Shown piece by piece: positions 12,808-23,109 of a DNA stretch of 59,714 nucleotides. The position numbers were made by a program, and so were the translations under genes. The notes below the pieces were generated by a model that saw only the letters and a list, made by a program, of their open reading frames with translations, did not search any database and was not told the DNA's origin. Source of the stretch: Chromera velia (Eukaryota); contig JAHBMJ010000019.1 of NCBI GenBank assembly GCA_018398765.1, positions 1 through 59,714 on the forward strand, given 5' to 3'. Each line of letters opens with the position of its first letter. Position 1 is the first letter of the stretch.

Positions 12808-15605
12808 TAGACAGACTATATGTTTCTTCTTCTTCTCCCTCCTGACAGGCAGACAGACAGACAGATAGACAGACAGACAGGCAGACAGACAGACTATATG
12901 TTTCTTCTTCTTCTCCCTCCTTTTCTTCATGAACACAACAGACAAAAAGAAAGAAAGAACAAAGACAAAAGAACAGCACCAACAATCAAACAACGTGGGC
13001 AGGGGGCCCGAAAGGTGAGAGTTAAGCGCCCCTTGCAGACAGACAGACAGATAGACAGACAGACTATATGTTTCTTCTTCTCCCTTCTTTTCTTCATGAA
13101 CAGACAGACAGATAGACAGACAGACAGGCAGACAGACACACAGACAGACAGACAAACAGACAGACTATATGTTTCTTCTTCTCCCTTCTTTTCTTCATGT
13201 ACATAACAGACAGACAAGACAGAGGAGAGGAAAACCTGCTCCCTCATTCCCCGTCTACTTGGAACGACCCATGCTCGCATCTTCACATGGTCGTAGACAC
13301 CGGAGCTTTCGCTTTCCCCTGCCCATCCCCCCCACCTCCCCCAACAAAAGGAGGGAGGGAGAGAGAGACAGGCGAACCAACACACCTACCCACCTACCTT
13401 CAGTGCCGAGTCCACGAGGACTGCAGTGATCAAGTTGATGATTGCGTACGCCGACAACGCGATGAAGGGACCGAAAATTGCCCATGCCCATGGATAGGCG
13501 GTCACGATCGGGGACACCTGTTTGTTTGTTGGAACAGAAGAGAAGAGAAGAAATGGTACGCACATTCAAAAGGGATCAAAATACACAGAGAAACAAACCA
13601 ACAACAAACACCTCGCCTGCCTGCCTGCCTACATGGGGGAGCTAGGGGCTCTATGCCCTCCCTCGGCGGTTCCGTTCGAAGTCCGAAGTGTCAGTCAAGA
13701 CACTGGCGGCGGACAAATGGGCCCGGCCTCGGCACACGAAAAAACGACAAAGGCACTGCCGTATGTGCCCACGAAAAAGGAAAGGGACAGAAAATCAAAA
13801 GGCCACGACAGTCATGCAGAGCTGCCCTCTGCGAGACAAACACTCTTCAAGAAACTCCAGAGAGAGAGGGAAAGCAGGAACCCAGGAAAGAATGAAGGAA
13901 GAAAGAAAAACTAGAAAGAAAAAAAAGAAAGAGACCAACCAACAGACAGACAGACAGACAGACGGACGGACAGACTATATGTTTCTTCTTCTTCTTCATG
14001 AAGACAACAGACAAAAAGACAGATAGACAGACAGACAGACGGACGGACAGACAGACCCCCCGAAACGCCCCTCATCAGACTGATGATATGACTTCACACC
14101 AGAGAGATAGAAAGAAAGAGAGAAAGAAAAGAATCAATACCAACCAACCGTCTCGGGCCAATTTTCCAAAGTCGCCAGTTGCAGAAAAGTCACAAATGAC
14201 CTCTGAAGTCCAAAGAACGCATGGCAAGCCCTGCACTGCCGCAGCCTGTCAAGACTCAGCCAGTTGGCTTCCTGAAGGGCATCTGTAGGATCTCCCCCTC
14301 CCATCCCGTGTCCCATGGGCCCCCCGCCCCCGTCCCCCCCCACACCAAACCCCCCCCCTCCGATTCCCTCCATGTCAAGAGCCTCAATGATTTCCTCGCA
14401 TCCCAAGGGGACCAGCGGACCGTCACTGCCCAGAGGGACGTCCTGGAAGTAACAGTCACACCCGATTGTTGGCCCACAGGTGAACCCCGCGGCCTCCCAC
14501 TCAGGTCCCGCTTCCTGATTTGCCGCATCAGGAAATTTAGATCCCATCGCCATCAGAGTGGTCGTGAAGATCGCGAACGCTGCGCAGAGAAGAAACAAAA
14601 GGAGGGACCCCCAAACGAGGACCATAATCGAATTCCCGAAAGCGCTTACAAGAACCCACAGCTCCCTCAAAGAAGGCCTCCACCCCACAAACACTAAGAC
14701 TCGAGTCAAACGGATAAAACGGAAGATGGGAATCTTCCGTGCAATCGAGCTGTACATCTGAGCATCGACCGAGCCGAATGTATCCTCCCGAGTGAAAACG
14801 CCAGCCATCGCGGAGATCCACACCCCCACAGAGATGTACGCGATGAGGAGGTCGTAAAGGTTGTACGGCAGTTGAAAGAACTCCCTTCGCAAAACGATCC
14901 CCTTTACGGTCACCTCCAAGAAGAACAAAAACATGTAACCTGAATGGCACCATCGCAAAAGAAAGGAGGGAAGAAATAAATAAATAAAGAAAGAAAGAAA
15001 GAAAGGAAGGAAGGAAAGAAAGAAAGAAAAAAAGAAAAGAAAGAAAGAAAGAAAGTAAGTAAAAAAGTAAGTAAGAACTAAAGAAAACAGCAGGGAGGAT
15101 TGCAAGGCAGGGGACAGACTCTCTCTGAATCAACTACGGTCAGGCACCTACCGAAAGAATACACCAACAGACTGCTTGACTGCTTGACTGACTGACTGCC
15201 TGCTTGACTGACTGACTGACAGACTGCCTGCTTGACTGCTTGACTGGCTGACTGACATATTTGGAAGACTTGGAGGAATTGCTGCATTGCGTTTGAGTAC
15301 GCATGCCCGGGTTCGCTTTGTGTTTGAGCCGACACGTCCCACACGATCAGCACGGAGTTCAGGATGGTCACCACCCACATCACATACTCAAACACATTGT
15401 CCTGCAATGCGGAGCATGCATGCATGCACCAAGCTCGTTAACGGCATGTGCACGTGCATAGATCCAGATTCAACATGCACGCATGCAAAGTGAGTGTCTT
15501 ATGCAGCCACACCGAACTTCGTCGTCCGTCCGTCCCCGCGTGTGCGTGAGTGTGCGTGTGAGTGAGTGAGTGAGTGAGTGAGTGAGTGAGTGTGTGTGTG
15601 TGCGT

Positions 15606-15657
<52 letters not shown>

Positions 15658-16611
15658 CTGCATGGCGTGCGTGAGGAAGAGAGAGAGAGAGAGAGAGAGA
15701 GAGTACGTTAGCGGGAGCACATGTACAAGTTCAGTTGAATGAAAAAACGGGAGTGTTTCCGAATTATGTCTCACAAGTTTCATCTGCATAAAGCGCCTCC
15801 CGCAGAAAGGCATGCATTTGCACGCGCAGACAGATCGACAGGCTCAGACGCAGCCGCGAGGCGAGAGAGAGCCCCGCCAGAACATGCAAGCGTATCAGGT
15901 GAGGTGGGCAGCGACCCTCCTCATGTATATCTTCATTAAAAGGACGGCTTCTTACACCCATACGCACCGCACTTAATTGTCGTATGTGCGGAACCCGGGT
16001 ACATGCACGTGGAAGGTCGCGGTCAAAGACGAACCTGTAAGACAGAAGCAGTCCTCTCCCAGCAGGAAGACGAGGCAGACCCGCCCGCTCCGTCCCCCTT
16101 CCTCCTTTTCTTGTTCTCATGAAAACGGGGGTTCAGTAGAAGAGATGCCACGTGCCTGCACGCACACGGACATGCACGCCAGTGAGGATCAGAATCGCAC
16201 GAGACATCAAGGCCAGGCTGGTATCAAAGCAAGGTCTGAACGAAGCGGCCGGGAGATGCATTGAACAGACCTGCTGAAGCCGACGTGTTTGTGTCTCTGC
16301 CTGTATGCAGAGGACTGAAACACACCGAGCGCACTGGCCGCAATGAGGGACGATACGGCCCTGCTTGGGTTCTGTATGGATGAATGGGAAGATGAGGACA
16401 GCCCACTGCTCCGTCGTCCATATAGAATGGAGGGTTTGCGTGTGCAGGGCTGGGTAGAGTCTCCAGCTTGTGCCTGTGACTTCTGCTGCCCATCCACAGT
16501 GACTGCGTGGTCCTCCGGGAGGGGGGGCAGAAAGGACTGGGATGGAGCGATGGGTTGCTGGGATTGAGATGACGGCGGAGCGTCTCGCTCCTCCTTCTCC
16601 GAGGACGGCAT
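7282..16611 (-). CDS. single-domain (6TM) voltage-gated cation channel of the Nav/Cav/CatSper-like ion transport superfamily, about 1255 aa, 11 exons
   Basis: Phase-consistent GT-AG exons: 16611-16271, 16034-15968, 15401-15257, 14939-14149, 13517-13398, 12541-12498, 12070-11453, 10963-10297, 9313-9084, 8747-8657, 7935-7282 (3768 nt). S1 FEYVMWVVTILNSVLI; S2 MFLFFLEVTVK; S3 YNLYDLLI; S4 RKIPIFRFIRLTRVL; pore FVTFLQLATLENW; S6 WAWAIFGPFIALSAYAIINLITAVLVD; C-terminal coiled coil LETK-IDHLL. Confidence 0.85.
7895..8051. mobile_element. hairpin element copy 1 (7938-8006) between 46-bp direct duplications of a splice acceptor plus exon start
   Basis: Direct repeats 7895-7940 and 8006-8051 (2 mismatches). 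Imperfect inverted arms GCATTTATTTTTATCCAGAATT (7938-7959) and AATTCTGTACGAAAATAAATGC (7985-8006). Mobility is inferred. Confidence 0.6.
9268..9589. mobile_element. two hairpin elements (9319-9402, 9454-9538) separating three 51-bp copies of a splice acceptor plus exon start
   Basis: Repeats at 9268-9318, 9403-9453 and 9539-9589. Spacers start TGCATTTATTTTCATAC and end GTCTGAAAATAAACGCATGG(A). Confidence 0.6.
12780..13215. repeat. compound intronic repeat, (CAGA)n-CTATATGTTTCTTCTTCTCCC units, member of a dispersed family
   Basis: The unit recurs four times here, again near 13950-14030, and in reverse orientation at 43440-43660. 12920-13032 matches the reverse complement of 47970-48072. Confidence 0.8.
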
Positions 16612-17201
16612 TCACACACTCAGACAATCAAAGGAGACGCTCTCGATCGATCTTTTGGATTTGCCGGGTCCTTCGAATTCTGGCGGTCAGTTCTTCTTGC
16701 TCCAAATCTTTCGACCACTGACAGCTGAAGATACTCCGAAATACTGTACAAGAATCAGGGTACGCAGTGGAATTTGACGGCGTTCCAGAAAGAGAACTCA
16801 AAGACACAATGCACTTGCAAGTGCGGAAGATCTGCATGCTATAGCTATAGCTGTGGTATAGCTGTGGTCTCGGATCGTCGGGACCGGGCCGTGCAATGGC
16901 CGTGCATGTGGTCCCGTAAAGAGCGATTTTTGTGCAAGGGATGGATCATATACGCGCGGACTAATGCAATCAATTAAGTGCCCCCCTAGCCTGTCTTTCC
17001 GGGACCGTATAGAGGTATACAGAGTCACTCGCTTCGCTCGCTGCTCCAAAGGCCCACATTAATTCTTGGGCCGCGCGGGGGCTACTCGCTCCGCCCTCCG
17101 CCGGGGGCCATGCCAGTAACACTATCAATAAGTTCTTGGCTTCGTAGATTCGACTCTTCCATCATTGCAGGAAAATGAATCTGGAATGAAAACAGTTTTG
17201 A
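16612..17201. promoter_or_regulatory. putative bidirectional promoter/5'UTR region
   Basis: 590 bp between the divergent ATGs of the channel gene (16611, -) and the ArsS-like gene (17202, +). No specific motif identified. Confidence 0.45.
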
Positions 17202-18690
17202 ATGATGAGTTTCGCTTCTTGGCTAGGATCTCTGTTGCAGGGCGCGTGGAGACGGGTTGCTGGTTTTGGTTCGTCTCTGTTGCACCCGTTTCTTTCCTTC
17301 GCTAGAAGGTGGCAACGGTCGCTGCTGACTACTGAGATTGCAGGCGAGGAGCAAGTAGAGACGGAGAGGGCAGGGGAGCACGTAAAAGGGCTGCCTGATT
17401 TGGAGAACGTTGTCTCCTCCTGCTGTGTCGCTTCCCCTCCCCCTGAAGTCTTTGAGGGTTCTCTGATTCCAGAAACTTTGAAGGGAATGGAGGAAGATGA
17501 AGAACTCAAAGGGACTCTTGCAGTGCTCAAGGAAAAGGGGCAGAAGCGGCTCACCCAGGAGGAAAATAAGAGGAGGAAGCGGGCGCTGGCTTCCCTTAAC
17601 CTGACCTCATTTTCTGCTTTCTGCTCCTCAAGGAATGTGACTCCCTTAGTACGCCGTCTCCCCGTCTCCACCCTTCAGGTCACTTCCACAGAGCAGCGCA
17701 AAGCACACAGACATCCTCTGACCGTCTCCTTTCTCAAAGGAACATGAAAAATGAGAAATCCAACCGGAAAGTGCCTGATCACCACAACATGCGCGCCCTC
17801 CCCTCGGTTTCCCCCTCTGCTCTGCGTTCGAGCACCGGCCAGGCTCGAATACAGGAGCGGCAAACTGCTCAAAGGAAATGTGTGCAAAGAGAATCACAGT
17901 GAGAAGGAAGCTCTTCCCATCGACTGAAAGTGAAAAGGTGCAGTGGGGACTGCGTTTCCTCAGAAGACACGTACGCACAGCTAGATCGGAGTAAGTTCGT
18001 CAACCGTGAGATCTTTGGTGAATTCTGTTCTCTTTCACGAATAATTAATTCTTGTAATGGTGCAGGTGAACATCGGCCTATATTGCAACCAGGCCTGCAC
18101 TCACTGTCACGTGGAGTCCTCCCCCCTGAGGAAAGACGAGAATATGGACGCGAAAACGGTTGACCGGGTCATTTTCCTCTTGCGCAACAGCCCGGAGGTT
18201 TCATGCCTGGACATCACTGGAGGGGCACCGGAGTTGAACGCGCACTTTCGGAGACTGGTGAGGGCAGCAAGGGAAATGGACAAGGAGGTGATTGACCGCT
18301 GTAACCTGACGGTGTTGTTCGAGGAGGGTCAGGCCGACTTGGCGGACTTCTTGGCTGATCTGGAGGTCACTGTTGTGGCCTCCCTCCCGTGCTACACCGA
18401 AGACAATGTGGACAAACAAAGAGGGAGAAAGGTTTTTGCACGGTCAGTCTGCGGAGGGAGCAGCTGTCGTGCGTGTGCTCCTCCTTATTCAGAAGTGGCG
18501 TTGCTTTGTGCGCTCACTATTTTAACGTGTACAAATGTAGTCAAGGATGCCGGAACGAGCCGGGAAAGAGAGGGGGGGAGGGAAAGAAGGAATGTGTGTG
18601 TGTGTGTGTGTGTGTGTGTGCCTGACTGTGTGTGACTGTGTGTATGCGCGCGCGCGCGTGTGTGTGTGTAGGCATGTGTATGTGTGTGCA

Positions 18691-18725
<35 letters not shown>

Positions 18726-18726
18726 A

Positions 18727-18788
<62 letters not shown>

Positions 18789-20449
18789 GAAATGTGGGAG
18801 TCAGTCACTGAGTAAGGAAGGATCCGAACGAGGCAGATAGGAAGGCGGTAAGGCCAACATAGATCGAGGCCAACATAGATCGATCAGACAGATGCACACG
18901 CACACGGAAGGAAGGAAAGACGAAAAGGCAGAGAAAAACCTCATGGCAGGATGCGGAATCTCCCTTCTTACCACTCCGTGAATGAATGAATGAATGAAAG
19001 AATGAAAGAATGAATGAATGAAAGAATGAATGAATGAATAAATGAATGAAACTACGGAAACAAACACATCATTGAGCAACAAGATGAGTGCTAAATAGCT
19101 TTTTGCCTTACCCCCGCCCTCACTCGCCCGCCCACCCCTTGCATATGCCTGTCTGTCGTCCGCCTGTCCGCCTGCCTGCCTGCCTGCAGGTCTATAGAGG
19201 CGCTGAAGATTCTGAACACGAAGGGATACGGCAGCGACCCAAAGCGGCCCCTGCATTTGGTGTACAACCCGGGGGGGGCCTTCCTCCCTCCCCCTCAGGT
19301 CTGTCTGTCTGCTATCTGAAGGACAGAAAAGAAAAGAAAGTGTCTGTCTGCTATCTGAAGGACAGAAAAGAAAAGAAAGTGTCTGTCTGCTATCTGAAGG
19401 ACAGAAAAGAAAAGAAAGTGTTTGTCTGCTATCTGAAGGACAGAAAAGAAAAGAAAGTGTTTGTCTGCTATCTGAAGGACAGAAAAGAAAAGAAAAAAAA
19501 AAGAAAAGAAAAGAAAGTGTCTGTCTGCTATCTGAAGGACAGAAAAGAAAAGAAAGTGTCTGTCTGCTATCTGAAGGACAGAAAAGAAAAGAAGGATCTT
19601 CGAAGGGGGATGGGGGGTGGGGGGCCTCGCTCTTTTTTTCCCCTCCCCGGCGGCATGGTGGGATAAAATTTGATCTGACTGATCGGTCTTTTTCTTTTCT
19701 CTTTTCTTCTTTCTGCTCATTTTGCCCCTCCTTCCTTCTTTCTGTGCTTTGGGCTTTTCCTCCTCTTTTGGGCTTTCTTTCATGCGAGATGAATGAACAA
19801 CCCCTCGATTAAATCAATGAACAAAACAAAACAAAACAGGACACCCTGGAGAAGAGGTACAAGAAGGAACTGCGGGAAAGCCACGGGATCGTGTTCAACC
19901 AGCTTTTTTGCATCACGAATATGCCAATCAAGCGGTTCCACGGTCAGCCTCTCTCTCCCTCTCCGAAAGAAAAAAGAGAAGCAAACGTGGAAACTGGAAA
20001 GTGGAAGGAAACAAGAGTCGAGCTAGTCGAGTCGAGTGAGTGAGAGAGAGAGAAAGAAAGAGAGAAAGAGAGCAGGACGTCTCTGGGCACTCGAGTGGGC
20101 GGTCGGTCGGTCCATTTTGAACTCCTTTTGAGAGAGATACATGTCCTCGATCAGCTGCACTTTCCCTGGTGACGTGGCATGGAATTCATTGACTCTCTCT
20201 CTCTTTCACTGGCTCTCTGTCTCTCTGTCTGTCTGAGTGCAAAAAGACTTTCTGGTCAAAGAAGGCAAACGCGGCCGGGTAGGGGTGGAGGGGTACATGC
20301 AGAAGCTGACGGAGGCGTTCAACCCCCAGGCTGCTGAGAACGTGATGTGCAGGTACCCATTTTTGTTTGTTTGTTTGTTTGTTTGTTTGTGCATGGGACG
20401 GGACTTGATTGGGCTGGTAAGAATCTGGATTGATCAACGTGCGTCTGTT

Positions 20450-20484
<35 letters not shown>

Positions 20485-21380
20485 ATGCATGTGTGTGGGC
20501 CTTTCTGTATTCCATCCGTCGTTATCCACCCATCTCTCTCTGTGTGTGTACTTCTTTGTGAAAGGGAAACGCACATTCGCACTCACCCTCAGTGAGAAAG
20601 GGAGCAGGGGAAAAGAAACCACGATTTTGTTCGACTTCTTTCTTTCCTTCCTTCCTTCCCTCCTTCCTTTTTTGTTTGTTTCTTTCTTTCTGAGAAAAGG
20701 AAAAAGGCCGACATTTTCTCTGTGTGTCTCTGTGTTCCGCTGTCTGATTTTCTGTCTGCCTGACTGATTGAGTGATGCACAGGAAGGCAGAGACGGAGGA
20801 AGCAAGGGAGAGGTGAATGAAAGAAAGAAAGAAAGAAAGGACGCAGAGTCACCCCAACGTGACACCACAGAGTGCACACGGGAAGGGTGGGGGGGGGGAG
20901 GGAGCAAGGCGGGGATCAATAGAAGCGTATGCAGATTGAGGGATAAAAGGACTTTGAAACTTCAGGAAGGATCAATTTTTTAATCGCAGTGCCGGCAACC
21001 AGCTGCTTCCTCTTTCATCCGATCGATTTGGTCAGTGCATGTATTGAGTGAGAAAGGGGGAGAACTAGAGAGAGAGAGAGAGAGAGAGAGATTTTCTTGT
21101 CTCCCTCTCGGATGGATGGATACACACCTCCCTTCTTGTCTGCAGGAGTCTTCTGTCTGTGCGCTGGGATGGAAGGTGGGGGCGGGTGCAGGAGAGGGCC
21201 TTGAGGGCTTTTGTTTTGTACATGAAAGCGTGTTCGTCGGTGTTCATTACAGATTTGGCAGGCAAAGTCCGTTGTCCTGTTTTCAAATACAAATGTGGCC
21301 GTCCGTGTGGCGTTTGCTTGAGGAGATTGCACGAAAGAGAGAGAGAGAGAGAGAGAGAGAGCGGGAGAGAGAGAGAGAGA

Positions 21381-21411
<31 letters not shown>

Positions 21412-21827
21412 GAAAACGTCGGATGAAAATAGGCGGAAGGGAAGTGCGGAAAGGGGGTGAAGGATTAATTCCGGAAAAAGGGGTATGCGGAGGACCGTGA
21501 TCGATTTTACTGCTTGCATGTGCATGCATGGCTTTGCTTGCTTGCAGCCTTTTTGACTGCGATTTCAACCAACAACTAGACATAGACCTGGGGGAGCTTT
21601 GCTTGCTTGCTTGCAGCCTTTTTGACTGCGATTTCGACCAACAACTAGACATAGACCTGGGGGGCCTTTGCTTGCTTGCAGCCTTTTTGACTGCGATTTC
21701 AACCAACAACTAGACATAGACCTGGGGGGAGGGGCGGGGAAGAATGCCAAAGGGGACAAGCGCAGACCGCTAACGGTATGGGATATCGAGAAGACAAGCG
21801 ATGTGGAAGGAAGGTCGGCAGGCCACG

Positions 21828-21880
<53 letters not shown>

Positions 21881-21904
21881 TGCGTGCGTGTGTCTGTCTG
21901 TCTG

Positions 21905-21952
<48 letters not shown>

Positions 21953-23109
21953 TGCACTCGTATTTATCTGTGTGAGCTCTTGCGTGCGTGTGGGCGTGTG
22001 CGTCCGCGTGCGTGTCTTTCTCCCTTTCATTTTCCGTGGACGTTGTAGATCAGGTTTTTGTCTGCACCGTTTCTCTCGATCAGTTCTTGACCCTTGCTTT
22101 CTATCACTTCATGCATGCTGCAGACCTTTTTTCTCTTCTTAAGTGTCTCTTTGCGGGGTTTTGCCGGTCTCAAATCGCGTCACAGATTTAGGCATGAGAG
22201 AAGGGAAAGGAGGGAGATGGGGGAGGAGAGAGAAAATAATAAGCAAGCGGGTGGGCAGGCAGGCTCGCTCCAAGTGCATGCAGACAGAGAGGAAAAGAGA
22301 GAGGAAGGGTTTGTTTGGGAGACGGACGGGGAGAGGAGTGAGCAAACAATCAAGTCGAGTCAGCCTCGCTCCTTCCTTCCTACTTTTTCTTGATGGATAG
22401 AAACTGCATCGGCCTCTCTGCGCGTCATTCCTTCTCTTCATTCTTTCATCTTTCGGTGTCCACAGTTTTCAACAGATTCCAACTGCTCTTCTATGTGCGT
22501 GGGCGCACGCGCGTCTGTGTGTACGTGTATGTGTTGTGTATGTGTATGTGTGTGCTTACTTTTGCTGCAGAAAGATTGCCACTGAGAGTCACTGTGTATG
22601 TGTATGTGTATGTGTATGTGTGTGCTTAATTTTGCTGCAGAAAGATTGCCACTGAGAGTCACTGTGTATGTGTATGTGTGTGCTTAATTTTGCTGCTGCA
22701 GAAAGATTGCCACTGAGAGCCACTGTTTCGGATGCACTGCAGGTCAGACTGTCTGTTTAGTGCGCCACTCATCGAGCGGCTTTTCTCTGCCTACCCGTAT
22801 TCGTCTCTCCACGACTCTATGAATACGTACTTAAATCCGCCTTTTTGATTGTATCTGTGGCTGCGTGCATGTATTTCTCTTTATTGTTCTTTCGAAAACT
22901 TCTCCTTCTTCTAGCTGTCTGTATCACAGAGCGAGATATTCTGGGGCAAGGGAGCCAGGGCACTTCTGTCTGCAGAATGTGATTCCACCCTCTTATCCTA
23001 TCAAACGATGCGCCGCATCCATGTTCAGCAGATACACTTATGATCGAGGTGTGCTCCGATCTCTGTGTCTGCAGGAGCTGGTAGTTCGTGTACTGGGGAA
23101 GTAATTTGA
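17202..23109 (+). CDS. arsS: radical SAM/Cys-rich domain protein, ArsS (arsenosugar biosynthesis) family, 469 aa, 9 exons
   Basis: Exons 17202-17678, 18066-18442, 19190-19298, 19840-19942, 20247-20352, 21146-21175, 21682-21813, 22702-22742, 23075-23109 (1410 nt, all GT-AG, in phase). Motifs: [23 protein letters not shown] (CxxxCxxC), [94 protein letters not shown]. Confidence 0.92.
19299..19593. repeat. 39-bp intronic minisatellite, about 7 copies, starting at the donor of arsS intron 3
   Basis: Unit GTCTGTCTGCTATCTGAAGGACAGAAAAGAAAAGAAAGT. Confidence 0.92.
21532..21728 (+). repeat. triplicated acceptor plus start of arsS exon 7
   Basis: CTTTGCTTGCTTGCAG|CCTTTTTGACTGCGATTTCAACCAACAACTAGACATAGACCTGGGGG occurs three times, with AG ending at 21547, 21616 and 21681. 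Confidence 0.92.
22545..22726 (+). repeat. triplicated acceptor plus start of arsS exon 8
   Basis: TTTTGCTGCAG|AAAGATTGCCACTGAGAG(T/C)CACTGT occurs three times, with AG ending at 22570, 22640 and 22701. Confidence 0.92.

Noticed and set aside
13260..13320. Possible channel exon GESESSGVYDHVKMRAW
   Set aside because: In the phase set by the S6 exon it hits TGA. Exon 12541-12498 fits both neighbours.
23075..23109. Selenocysteine in the ArsS C-terminal GSS(C/U) motif
   Set aside because: The codon is TGT (Cys). The TGA at 23107 lies at the expected protein end.
17202..23109. Bacterial contamination or an ars operon
   Set aside because: The gene has eight spliceosomal introns in host style, and no other ars genes are nearby.
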